A DNA stretch of 64,000 nucleotides. Origin: a bacterium (GTDB taxonomy: Archaea; Thermoplasmatota; E2; JACPAO01; JAHFTW01). A program made the translations under genes and the position numbers. Of the stretch, positions 27,051 to 36,329 are shown in pieces; position 1 is the stretch's first letter; the number at the start of each line of letters is the position of its first letter. The DNA is taken from the NCBI GenBank assembly GCA_040390065.1, contig JAZJZE010000009.1:506930-570929 (forward strand). The letters are read 5' to 3'. Under the pieces are notes generated by a model, which did not search any database, was not told the origin of the DNA, and saw only the letters and a program-made list of their open reading frames with translations.

Positions 27051-27392
27051 CTACGCGAGGCGGCTGACGAGTTCCTTGCGGGCCGCCTCGAAGAGGCGTT
27101 CCGCCTGGCCGGCTTGGTCCGCCGTCGGCATTGCCCCGCCCTTGGCTCCCTGCTCCATGGCCTTGCAGAGGGCGGCAAGCTCCAAAGCACCAAATGTCGC
27201 GGCCGTCGACTTGAGGGTGTGGTAGCTGCGCTGCGCCGTCACGATGTCCTTCATGCCGATGGCGGCGCGACCCTCCGCCAACTGCTTCGGGCCCTCTTCA
27301 AGGAACGCCTGGATCAGCTCCTTGACGACTTCGCGGTCACCACCCATGTCGTCCATGAGCACTCGGATCGCGCCCTCGTCAATTGCCGCCAC
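27051..27392 (-). CDS. Stand-alone Hpt (histidine phosphotransfer) protein
   Basis: 'ELIQAFLEE...SYHTLKSTAATFGALELAALCKAME'. Confidence 0.9.
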   Translation of the reverse strand: MAAIDEGAIRVLMDDMGGDREVVKELIQAFLEEGPKQLAEGRAAIGMKDIVTAQRSYHTLKSTAATFGALELAALCKAMEQGAKGGAMPTADQAGQAERLFEAARKELVSRLA

Positions 27393-27463
27393 GCCCGGTG
27401 CAAGGGCCTTCCCCCTCAAACCGTTTCCCCAACGCACAAGTCCCCGCGCCGGCTGGCCTTGGT

Positions 27464-27877
27464 GTGACCGGTCCCCTGAACCTGCGCCGGCACCCGAAGG
27501 CAAGCCCCGTTGCAGAGCCGTGGCGTGATGCGCGCCTCGACGAGGGCTTGCGGCTGTTCAACGAGGGCCATCATTGGCACGCCCATGAAGCGCTTGAACC
27601 GCTTTGGATGGGACTGGAAGGCGAGGAGAAGCTGTTCGTGCAGGGCATCATCATGGCGGCCGCGATGCTCGTGCAGTATGACAAGCGCGTGGAGCGCGGT
27701 GTCGCCAACCACTGGGCCAACGTGCGGCAACGCCTCGCCGCGAGTGCACCGACGAAATGGGGAATCGACGTCGCCGGCCTCCTGGCGCAACTCGAGACCT
27801 ACGCCAACGCGGCCAAGGACGGGGCGTGGGGATTGCCCGCCGGGGCTGTCCGCATCACGCGCAAGCCCTTCAGTTGA
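27464..27877 (+). CDS. DUF309-family protein
   Basis: 'GLRLFNEGHHWHAHEALEPLW...FVQGII'. Confidence 0.85.
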   Translation: MTGPLNLRRHPKASPVAEPWRDARLDEGLRLFNEGHHWHAHEALEPLWMGLEGEEKLFVQGIIMAAAMLVQYDKRVERGVANHWANVRQRLAASAPTKWGIDVAGLLAQLETYANAAKDGAWGLPAGAVRITRKPFS

Positions 27878-28319
27878 GGCTGCCGGGCTCGTTGCCCGTG
27901 GCGACGGGGTAGCCTTCCTCGCGCCAACCCTCGATGCCGTTGAGCATCTCCTTGACCTTGAAGCCGAGGCCTGCCAGGCGCAGGGCCCCCTTGGTCGAGG
28001 CGTTGCAGCCGACGCCGGCGCAGTAGCACACGTACGTGGCGTTGCGGTCCAAACGGGCCGTGGACTCGGCCGTGATGTGGCGGTAGGGGAGGTTGACGGC
28101 GCCCGGGACGTGACCCTTGGCGTAGGATTCCGGGCGGCGGGTGTCGACCACGACGAGTCCGGCGATGCCCTTCTGGACATCCGCGTGCACGTCGCTGGGG
28201 TCCGTCTCGAAGGCCAGGCGGGCGGCGAAGTGGCCGACGGCGAGGGCGGGTTCGGCAGCAGGCGTCTCCAGGACGGCCGAGAAGCGGGCGACGTTGACTG
28301 CGGTGGGCACCGTGGTCAT
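27870..28319 (-). CDS. Rhodanese-like domain protein
   Basis: 'VVDTR...YAKGHVPGAVNLP...VCYCAGVGCNAS...GIEGW'. Confidence 0.9.
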   Translation of the reverse strand: MTTVPTAVNVARFSAVLETPAAEPALAVGHFAARLAFETDPSDVHADVQKGIAGLVVVDTRRPESYAKGHVPGAVNLPYRHITAESTARLDRNATYVCYCAGVGCNASTKGALRLAGLGFKVKEMLNGIEGWREEGYPVATGNEPGSLN

Positions 28320-28389
28320 GGGGATGGCCAGGCACGGCCGGCTCTTGAGGATGACGACCCGCGCGTTCGCACGACCGTGAACCTGTTCA

Positions 28390-28417
28390 ATGCTTAACCT
28401 CCGACATGATTAAACAT
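28390..28417. promoter_or_regulatory. Candidate MarR operator/promoter
   Basis: Imperfect IR atgcttaa-N12-ttaaacat between the divergent rhodanese and marR genes. Confidence 0.45.
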
Positions 28418-28443
28418 GGACACGGCTCACAGGGGTCCAACCC

Positions 28444-28893
28444 ATGGCCGCAAACCCCTCCGCCGACACGCTTGCCGGGCAGCTCGTCGATACCACGTTG
28501 CAGATCCTCTGCGCCATCCGCACCGAGATGCGCACCAGCACGGACCTCACGATGGCGCAGTTTCGCACCCTCATGCACCTGCACCGCTCCGCCGGCACCA
28601 GCCTCTCCGAACTGGCCGACGACGTCGGCGTGAGCCCGCCCGCCATGAGCAAGCTCATCGACGGCCTGGTGGAGCGCAACCTGGTGGCGCGTACACCGCA
28701 AGCCGAGGACCGCCGCCGCGTCGAACTGGTCGTCAGCCCCGAAGGTCGCCGCGTCCTCGACCGCGTCCGCCAGGCGGTGCGCGCCCGCCTCGCCGAACGG
28801 CTGGCGACACTGTCCGCCGGCGACCGCGGCGCCATCGCCGCCGCCCTCACGCACTTGGACAACGCACTCGACGCCCCAGAGGTACTCGCATGA
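28444..28893 (+). CDS. MarR-family regulator
   Basis: 'LTMAQFRTL...SLSELAD...SKLIDGLVERNLVAR...EDRRRV'. Confidence 0.92.
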   Translation: MAANPSADTLAGQLVDTTLQILCAIRTEMRTSTDLTMAQFRTLMHLHRSAGTSLSELADDVGVSPPAMSKLIDGLVERNLVARTPQAEDRRRVELVVSPEGRRVLDRVRQAVRARLAERLATLSAGDRGAIAAALTHLDNALDAPEVLA

Positions 28894-30896
28894 GCGACGC
28901 CCGCTCAACGACGCCGGCCCCCACGCCGGCAGGCGGCCCAGCCGCCGACCCTGGTGCGACGCACAGCAAGCTCAGCCACCGCCAGATCCTCATCATCTTC
29001 TCGGGCCTGATGCTCGGCATGTTCCTGTCCGCGCTGGACAACACCATCGTCACGACGGCCCTGACGAGCATCGTCGGCGACCTCGGTGGCCAGAGCCAGG
29101 CGACGTGGGTCGTCACCTCGTACCTCCTCACGAGCACCATCACGATCCTGATGTGGGGCCGCCTGTCGGACATCTATGGCCGCAAGCTGCTGTTCCAGAT
29201 CTCCATCGGCGCATTCCTTGGCGCCTCCGCGCTCGTGGGCCTTGCCAACAGCATGACGTTCCTCGTCCTGGCCCGTGGCCTGCAGGGCATCGGCGCAGGC
29301 GGCATCATGAGCCTCGCCTTCGCCATCATCGGCGACATCCTATCCCCTCGCGAGAGAGGGAAGTACATGGGCCTCATGGGCTCCGTGTTCCTCTTTGCCA
29401 TGATCATCGGCCCGCTGCTTGGCGGCCTCATCGTGGAGCACATGCACATCGGCAACATCGCGCCGTGGCGCTGGGTGTTCTACATCAACATCCCGATCGG
29501 CATCCCGGCCTTGTTCATCACGGGCATCGTCCTGCGCCTACCCTTCCACAAGCAGCCCGGCAAGATCGACTTCCTTGGCTTCGGCCTCATGGCCCTCGGC
29601 ACCTGCTCCTTGATCCTGGGCTTGCTGTGGGCCGGCCAGCCCGCCAGCTGGGACCAATCATACAACCTGCGCTGGTTCCCCGGCGTCGGCGACGCGGCAC
29701 CCATCGGCGGCGTCGCCCCAAGCGCCGGCGTCGCCACGTTCCTCGGCGACTGGGTCGTCACGATCCTGCTTGCCGTCGGCGTCGTCGTGACGACGCTGTT
29801 CGTCTATAGCCAGGCAAAGGTCAAGCAGCCGCTCCTGCCGCTCAGCCTCTTCCGCCACCGCACGTACGCCCTCGGCTCCTTCGTGAGCTTCGTGGTGGGC
29901 GCCGCCATGTTCGGCGGCTTCGTCTTCCTGCCCACGTACCTGCAGATGAGCACCGGCGTGTCCGAGACCCTGTCGGGCCTCCTCATGTTGCCCCTCATGG
30001 CCGGCATGTTCCCCGCCATGACGATTTCGGGCATCCTTGTCAGCAAGACCGGCCGCTACAAGATCTGGCCACTCATCGGCTTGCCCGTCGGCGCCGGCGG
30101 GCTCCTATGGCTCTCGACCATCGGGGCATCGACGCCTTTGTGGTACACTGGCTTCGGCATGTTCCTCCTGGGCGCCGGCATTGGCTTCACCATGCAGGTC
30201 ATCGTCGTGGCCGTGCAGAACGTCCTCGAGCCGCGCCAACTCGGCATCGGCACGAGCGCCAACACGTTCATGCGCCAGATCGGCGGCGTCGTCGGCATCG
30301 GCTTGTTCGGCGCCTACTATGCAAGCCGCATCATCGCGCTCATCCCGAAGGCACTCGCCGCCGCAGCTGGGGACCCGACCGTCGACCTCACACCCATCAA
30401 GTCAGGCTTCCGCGTCGGCCCCGAGGCCGTGCACCAGTACCACGAGCCCCTGCACAGCATTGTGACCGGCGGCTTTGCGGACACCATCGCGCACATCTTC
30501 CTGTTCGCAGCACCCGTGATGCTGCTCGGCTGGGTCGCCGTCTTCTTCCTCAAGGAGATCCCCCTGCGCCAGACCCGCAGCGTCGGCGGCGCCGCAGCGA
30601 TGGAAGGCGGCCACGCACCCGATGCGCCATCAGCGCCGGCTTCGACGCCATCGCCCACGCCCGCCGCCCCGGTCCTTGCCGCGAGCGTTACGGCACGGAA
30701 TCCAAACAGTGGCAACGGCCACACGAATGGGGGCGGCACACCAGCGCGGCCCAGCCACGCCATTGCGCCGACCCCGCACCCGTCCGTCACGCTCCGTGAG
30801 CGCCCGGCGCAGTCCGCGTACACCATCGACGAACTGCACCGCCGCGTCGACGCCATCCCGCATCCGACGCAGCGCCCGATGCGCCGCCGGCGCTAG
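28890..30896 (+). CDS. DHA2 (EmrB/QacA)-type MFS efflux transporter
   Basis: 'LSALDNTIV', 'WVVTSYLL', 'GRLSDIYGRK', 'WRWVFYINIPIG'. Confidence 0.93.
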   Translation: MSDARSTTPAPTPAGGPAADPGATHSKLSHRQILIIFSGLMLGMFLSALDNTIVTTALTSIVGDLGGQSQATWVVTSYLLTSTITILMWGRLSDIYGRKLLFQISIGAFLGASALVGLANSMTFLVLARGLQGIGAGGIMSLAFAIIGDILSPRERGKYMGLMGSVFLFAMIIGPLLGGLIVEHMHIGNIAPWRWVFYINIPIGIPALFITGIVLRLPFHKQPGKIDFLGFGLMALGTCSLILGLLWAGQPASWDQSYNLRWFPGVGDAAPIGGVAPSAGVATFLGDWVVTILLAVGVVVTTLFVYSQAKVKQPLLPLSLFRHRTYALGSFVSFVVGAAMFGGFVFLPTYLQMSTGVSETLSGLLMLPLMAGMFPAMTISGILVSKTGRYKIWPLIGLPVGAGGLLWLSTIGASTPLWYTGFGMFLLGAGIGFTMQVIVVAVQNVLEPRQLGIGTSANTFMRQIGGVVGIGLFGAYYASRIIALIPKALAAAAGDPTVDLTPIKSGFRVGPEAVHQYHEPLHSIVTGGFADTIAHIFLFAAPVMLLGWVAVFFLKEIPLRQTRSVGGAAAMEGGHAPDAPSAPASTPSPTPAAPVLAASVTARNPNSGNGHTNGGGTPARPSHAIAPTPHPSVTLRERPAQSAYTIDELHRRVDAIPHPTQRPMRRRR

Positions 30897-31384
30897 TAAC
30901 GGTCGCGGATACGCCTGGCCGGCACGCCCGCCCAGAACTCGCCGGCCGGCACGTCGCGGTTGACCAAGCTCATGGCTCCGATCACGGCGCCGTCGCCGAT
31001 TGTGACGCCGGCGAGGATGGTGCAGTTCGCGCCAATCGACACCGCCTTGCCGATGTGCACGTCCCCGAGCTGGTACGTCCCATGCGTGTACCCGTGCGAG
31101 AGGATCGTGGTGTTGTAGCCGATGACGCAGTCGTCGCCGATGTGGATGCGACCGGGGAAGAGCACGTCGATCTGCGCGTCGAGCCCAAGGCTCACGTCCC
31201 GGCCGATGTGGGCCCCGGCCACGCGCGCAAACCCTCGCCGCGCGGCGTACCACGGCATGCGGTTGGCGGCGCGCAGCCACACCCAGTTCCAGCCGACGCG
31301 CCAGCGGCTGACGTCGCGAAACGAGTACAGGAGGCTGTTGCGAGGCCCGCGGCTGGGGCGGACCTCGACGCCGGGATGGGGCAC
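30893..31384 (-). CDS. Hexapeptide-repeat (left-handed beta-helix) acyltransferase
   Basis: 'IHIGDDCVIG', 'IGANCTILAGVTIGDGAVIGAMSLVNRDVP...GVPAR'. Confidence 0.88.
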   Translation of the reverse strand: MPHPGVEVRPSRGPRNSLLYSFRDVSRWRVGWNWVWLRAANRMPWYAARRGFARVAGAHIGRDVSLGLDAQIDVLFPGRIHIGDDCVIGYNTTILSHGYTHGTYQLGDVHIGKAVSIGANCTILAGVTIGDGAVIGAMSLVNRDVPAGEFWAGVPARRIRDRY

Positions 31385-31479
31385 GCTCGGCCATGGGCAG
31401 CGCGCTATATGGCGATGGAGGCGCTTCGTTCCAAGCGGTCCACCAGCGCATATGTATAGGCCCAGGGCCGGTGGGTTGC

Positions 31480-32418
31480 GTGGCCGAGGGTTCTCTTCTG
31501 GAGTTGCAGGGCTTGACGCGGCACTACGGCGCCGTGCGTGGCGTCGGGCCCATCGACCTCGAACTGGCTCCGGGAATCCACGGCCTCTTGGGACCCAACG
31601 GCTCCGGCAAGACGACGCTCATCAAGACCATCCTCGCGTTCCTGCCGCCGACGTCCGGCCGCTGCCGCGTCCTCGGGTTCGACATCGCGACCCAGGCGAT
31701 GCAAGTCCGTCGCCTCGTCGGCTACATGGCCGAGAACGACGTCGTCGTGCCCGGCCTGAACCCGGCGCAGACCGTCCGCCTCGCCGCCGAATTGTGCGGC
31801 ATGTCGCCGGCCCGCGCCCACGAAGCCGCCGCCGAGGCACTCCAGGCCGTCGGGATGGGCGAGGAGCGCCTGCATGCCCCCAATCGCTTGTCGACCGGGC
31901 AGCGCCAGCAGGTCAAACTCGCAGCCGCACTGGTCCACGCCCCGCGGCTCCTCATCCTCGACGAGCCCACCAACGGCCTCGACGCGCGCGCCCGTCGTAC
32001 CATGCTCGACCTCATCGCCGAAGTGTCGCGCGAGAAGGACATCTCCGTCATCCTGTCGACACACATCCTGCCTGACGTCCAAGCCGTCTGCCAGGACGCC
32101 GTCGTTCTGCGCGAGGGCCAGCTCGTCGCGGTCGAACCCGTGCAGGCGCGCCTGGTCGAGCGCCACGCCAACCGCACCTGGTTCGACGTGCAGGCGCTGG
32201 GCGGAGCCGATGACTTCCTCGACGCGTGCAAGGCGGCAGGCCTGACGGTGCGCGCCGGCCACGCCGGGCCACAGGTCGCAGCCAAGGACGCTTCGCAGCT
32301 TCTGCAACTGGCCACGAAGGCCGGATGCGTCCTCAGCCGCGTCGTGCCGGCGACGGTCGGCGTGGAGGAAGCGGTCCTCGAACGGCTCGAGCCAGACCGC
32401 CTGGCGGTGCGCCCATGA
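31480..32418 (+). CDS. ABC exporter ATPase 1
   Basis: GPNGSGKTT, LSTGQRQ, LILDEPTNGLD. Confidence 0.92.
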   Translation: MAEGSLLELQGLTRHYGAVRGVGPIDLELAPGIHGLLGPNGSGKTTLIKTILAFLPPTSGRCRVLGFDIATQAMQVRRLVGYMAENDVVVPGLNPAQTVRLAAELCGMSPARAHEAAAEALQAVGMGEERLHAPNRLSTGQRQQVKLAAALVHAPRLLILDEPTNGLDARARRTMLDLIAEVSREKDISVILSTHILPDVQAVCQDAVVLREGQLVAVEPVQARLVERHANRTWFDVQALGGADDFLDACKAAGLTVRAGHAGPQVAAKDASQLLQLATKAGCVLSRVVPATVGVEEAVLERLEPDRLAVRP

Positions 32419-33365
32419 AGACGCAAGTCGAGACACGCCGCCTGCGGACGTGGGAGGCCGACGCCGGCTACGTCCCGCAACGGGCGTGGCGCGTCATCAT
32501 GAAGTACGGCTACCTGCGCATGGCGCGCACCTGGTTTCTTGCGACCCTCGGCATCGGCATCGTCATCACCGAAGTCCTCCTTCTTGCCGGCTTGTCGCGC
32601 AGCATGGTCTCGGCGACCACCGCACCAGACCCGGGCACCATCCTTGCCACGGTCTTCTTCTTCCTCGCCGTCGCCGTCGTCGCCCTGATCCTGGTCGGCG
32701 CGCCCCTGTTTGCCGATGACTTGCGCTTCAACGCGCCGCTCTTCTACTTCAGCCGGCCGCTTCGCCCAGACGACTACCTGCGCGGCAAGGCAATGCAGAT
32801 GGTCAGCCTGCTCGCGGCCTTGGCGCTCCTTCCCACATTGGCGCTCATGGTTCTCGGCATGCTCCTCGGAAGCACAGCCGGGACGCCGACGGACTTTGCT
32901 GGCAACCCTCTTGCGGGCGATGCTCTTGCTGCCTACAACGCGACGCACCTCACGGGATTTGCCGACTGGCTGTACGCCACCGCCGTCGTGGGCGCCGGCG
33001 TCGCGGTCGTCCTCGCGTTTGGCATCGCCGTGACCCTATGCGCGTCGGCCTACACGCGCCGCGGCTGGCACGCGGGACTGGCCGCCTTTGGATTCCTCGG
33101 CGCCTGGAGCGTCATCGGCGCCATGGCCAAATTCGGCGCGAAGGGCGCATACGAGAGCCTGTTCGGCCCCTTCGGCTGGATCGGCCTCGTGCTCGAGCGG
33201 CCCATGACGATGCGCTTCCACAGCTCGTCGCCCAATCCTGCCGACGCCGTACCGGAAGGATCCGGATTCGCCGTCGCCATCGCCTACGGTCTGCTGTTGG
33301 CAACGACCCTCATGCTGCTTGGCGCCACCGTGCGCCGCATCCGCCGCGTGGAGGCCATCCTGTGA
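32415..33365 (+). CDS. ABC-2-type permease 1
   Basis: Multiple TMs; 'FADDLRFNAPLFYFSRPLRPDDYLRGK'; ATGA overlap. Confidence 0.85.
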   Translation: MKTQVETRRLRTWEADAGYVPQRAWRVIMKYGYLRMARTWFLATLGIGIVITEVLLLAGLSRSMVSATTAPDPGTILATVFFFLAVAVVALILVGAPLFADDLRFNAPLFYFSRPLRPDDYLRGKAMQMVSLLAALALLPTLALMVLGMLLGSTAGTPTDFAGNPLAGDALAAYNATHLTGFADWLYATAVVGAGVAVVLAFGIAVTLCASAYTRRGWHAGLAAFGFLGAWSVIGAMAKFGAKGAYESLFGPFGWIGLVLERPMTMRFHSSSPNPADAVPEGSGFAVAIAYGLLLATTLMLLGATVRRIRRVEAIL

Positions 33366-34285
33366 ACGCCAAGCCCCTGGCATTCCAGGACGTCACCTGC
33401 CGCTTCGGCGACGTGGTCGCCTTGAACCGCGTCACCTTGGAGCTCGACCCAGGCGTCACCGCGCTGGTGGGCCCGAACGGCGCCGGCAAGTCGAGTTTCA
33501 TGAAGGCGGCCACCGGTCACGTGCAACCCGTCCTGGGCGCCGTCACCGCGTTTGGCCAACCCGTCTGGGACAACCCGGCCGCAATCGGGCGCATGGGATT
33601 CGTGCCGGAGCAAGACGCATTCTACGAACGCATGACCGGACCGGAATTCGTCGCCAGCCTCGCTATGCTGTCCGGCATGTCCAGTGGCGCCGCCCGCCAA
33701 GCCGCCGAAGCGGAACTGACGGCGCTTGGGCTCGTCGACGGCTGGGAGCGCCCCATCAAGACGTACTCCAAGGGCATGCGGCAACGCGTCAAGCTCGCGC
33801 AGGCCCTGGTGCACGGCCCGGACCTCCTGTTCCTGGACGAACCGCTTCTCGGCTGTGACCCCATCGCGCGCCGGCGCATCCAGGACCGCGTGCAGAGTCT
33901 TGCCAACGAAGGCTGCACCATCCTCATGGCCAGCCACATCCTGCCCGAAGTCGAACGCCTCACGCGCCGCATCGCCGTGCTTGCGGCCGGCCGCCTCGTC
34001 GCGCAAGGCGACGCAGGACAAGTCCGGGACGCGCTGACACAGATCCCAAGCCGCGTGCGCATCCAGACCTCGGCGCCACGCGTCGTCGCAGCGGACCTGT
34101 CGTCGTGGGACGACGTGCAGTCCGTACGCATCCACCGCGGCGCCGTCGAACTCGAAACGTCGCGCCTCAAGGCAACGCTGGAGCGCCTGCACGGCGAACG
34201 CGGCAAGGCGTGGGGCCTGCAGGGCATCGAGACCATGGACGCCGACCTCGACAGCCTGTTCGGCTACCTGGCGGAGGGGACCTGA
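33362..34285 (+). CDS. ABC exporter ATPase 2
   Basis: GPNGAGKSS, YSKGMRQR, LFLDEP. Confidence 0.92.
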   Translation: MNAKPLAFQDVTCRFGDVVALNRVTLELDPGVTALVGPNGAGKSSFMKAATGHVQPVLGAVTAFGQPVWDNPAAIGRMGFVPEQDAFYERMTGPEFVASLAMLSGMSSGAARQAAEAELTALGLVDGWERPIKTYSKGMRQRVKLAQALVHGPDLLFLDEPLLGCDPIARRRIQDRVQSLANEGCTILMASHILPEVERLTRRIAVLAAGRLVAQGDAGQVRDALTQIPSRVRIQTSAPRVVAADLSSWDDVQSVRIHRGAVELETSRLKATLERLHGERGKAWGLQGIETMDADLDSLFGYLAEGT

Positions 34286-35172
34286 TGGCTGGCACGACCT
34301 CCAAGGCGGGTTTCCTCGCCGGCATCTTCCACCCCGAACTCGTGCGCTTCAGCTTCCGCGCCTTGCGGCAGAACCGCAAGTTCCTCTTCGCACTGCTTGC
34401 GAGCCTCGTGCCACTGGTCATCGGCATCGTGATGTTCGCCAACGAGGCGTCAACGCAGAACAAGCCCGGCAGCGTCTTCCTGCCACAGTACACCGGCGTC
34501 GTCGGCGGCCTCATCCTCACTGGCACCGTGCCCTTCGTCGCCCTCCTGCTTGCCGGCGGCATGCTCGCCGACGAGGTCGAGGACCGGACGCTCACGTATC
34601 TCCTGGTCCGGCCGATTCCGCGCCGCGTGCTGTACGCCTCCAAGGCGCTGCCCGTCATCCTGACGGCCGCCGCCCTCGGCGCCGTGCAGGCACTGCTCTT
34701 CGGGTTGTGCCGGCTCGCAGCGGCGCTGACGTGGGGCATGCACACGCAGATCCCCTACAAGCTGGCAGTACCCGTGCCGGATCCGCCGACCATCGGGGCG
34801 CCGCTCCTGGTCTTGCAGGTCATCCCCGTGGCCATGGTCGCCGCGGCGCTGGTTGCGGCCCTCTTCGCGGCGCTCTTCGGGCTCGTGAGCCTTCTCACGA
34901 CCCGCTTCCACTTCCTTGCCAACCTGATCATCTTCCTGGCATGGGAAGTCCCCTTCGGACACCTCGGCGGCGCCTCGAGCTACCTCACCATCACGTACTG
35001 GGGCCTCTCCATCGCGGGCTCCCTGGACCCGACCATCGGCGGCATGACGTCCGCGGACGCCAACGTATTCGTCGCCGTCGGCTGGATGCTCCTGTGGACC
35101 GGAATCTGGGTATGGGTCGGAATGAAACGGATTCCCAAGCGGAACTTCAACATCACGTCCGCCGCGACGTGA
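34285..35172 (+). CDS. ABC-2-type permease 2
   Basis: 'DEVEDRTLTYLLVRPIPR...SK'; multiple TMs. Confidence 0.85.
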   Translation: MAGTTSKAGFLAGIFHPELVRFSFRALRQNRKFLFALLASLVPLVIGIVMFANEASTQNKPGSVFLPQYTGVVGGLILTGTVPFVALLLAGGMLADEVEDRTLTYLLVRPIPRRVLYASKALPVILTAAALGAVQALLFGLCRLAAALTWGMHTQIPYKLAVPVPDPPTIGAPLLVLQVIPVAMVAAALVAALFAALFGLVSLLTTRFHFLANLIIFLAWEVPFGHLGGASSYLTITYWGLSIAGSLDPTIGGMTSADANVFVAVGWMLLWTGIWVWVGMKRIPKRNFNITSAAT

Positions 35173-35481
35173 CGGGTTCGCGAGGCTCACCCGTCATGTC
35201 GTTCGCACACGGATGCCCACGCTGGGGCCTTCCCGGCCCCAGACCCCTGGGCGGAGACGGCGGCCGGTCGGCATCGCGCCACAACATCGCTGCGCCGCAT
35301 GCTGGCCGGCAAGCCGGCCAGCATACGTGACTGGCGAACCGTCGCTGCGCTCCGGTTCACCAGCGCTCGCTGAGGATGCTCGGCTGCTACCCTCCGGGTC
35401 CGCGTTGACAAGCCGGCCGCCGAGGCCAGCCGCGCAGGGAGGTCATCACGCGTTCTGTTCCATCTGTTTCATCTGTTGACC
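35170..35481. repeat. Cluster of REP-like palindromes between convergent genes
   Basis: tgacgggt/acccgtca; ggggcc/ggcccc+agacccc; perfect 12-bp stem atgctggccggc/gccggccagcat (35299-35324); ctggcgaaccg/cggttcaccag; 9-periodic arm tctgttcca-tctgtttca-tctgttgacc (35454-35481). Confidence 0.7.
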
Positions 35482-35494
35482 AGTCGTCGGCGCG

Positions 35495-36304
35495 TCACCG
35501 AAACGGCATCTCGGCCGCCAACTTGTGCGCCGCCGTCTGCACCTGCTTGCGCCAGTCGGGACCCTTGCCGGCTTGCAGGATGGTGCGGCCGACGTTGACG
35601 ACCGCGAACCGGCCCTTGCCGTCGCCGCCTTTCTCGAGGCTCGTCTTGGCATCGCCGCCCTGGGCGCCGACTCCAGGAATCAGGAGCGGGACGCCGTCGC
35701 CGCAGATGCCGCGCAGTTGAGCAAGCTCGTCGGGATAGGTCGCGCCGGCGACGAGTCCGAGGTTGTGGAATTCGCGGTCCCACTCCATTGCCTTGCGCGC
35801 GACGGCCTGGTAGAGCGGCATGCCGTCAACCTTCAGGTCTTGGAAGTCGCCGGCCGACGCGTTGGAGGTGCGCGCCAGGAGAAAGACGCCCTTGTCGGCG
35901 TAGCGGGCAAACGGCTCCACCGTATCGCGGCCGAGGTAGGGCGTCACCGTCACGGCGTCGGCGCCGAGTCCGTCGAATGCTGCCTCTGCGTACTTCGTCG
36001 CCGTGTTGCCGATGTCGTTGCGCTTGCCGTCGAGGATGACGGGGAGTCCCGGCGGCATGGATTCGATGAGGCCGTGCAGCGCGTCGTGGCCGATATCTCC
36101 GAGGGCTTCAAAGAAGGCCGCGTTGGGCTTGACGCAGCAGGCGACGTCGGCGACGGCCTCGACGACGGAGTGGCAGAACTCCAGAGTGTCCTCCTCGTGC
36201 AACTCCTCGGGGAAGTGCTGCGGGTCAGGGTCGATGCCGACGCAGAGCCACGAGTTGGCCCGTTTCGCGGATGCGACGAGACGCTCGCGGAAAGACTCGG
36301 CCAC
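35495..36304 (-). CDS. pyrF: Orotidine-5'-phosphate decarboxylase (type 2)
   Basis: 'LCVGIDP', 'KPNAAFFE', 'ILDGKRNDIGNT', 'TSN', 'LLIPGVGAQGG'. Confidence 0.96.
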   Translation of the reverse strand: MAESFRERLVASAKRANSWLCVGIDPDPQHFPEELHEEDTLEFCHSVVEAVADVACCVKPNAAFFEALGDIGHDALHGLIESMPPGLPVILDGKRNDIGNTATKYAEAAFDGLGADAVTVTPYLGRDTVEPFARYADKGVFLLARTSNASAGDFQDLKVDGMPLYQAVARKAMEWDREFHNLGLVAGATYPDELAQLRGICGDGVPLLIPGVGAQGGDAKTSLEKGGDGKGRFAVVNVGRTILQAGKGPDWRKQVQTAAHKLAAEMPFR

Positions 36305-36329
36305 CACGATTGGCGATGCTGTGGCCTGC

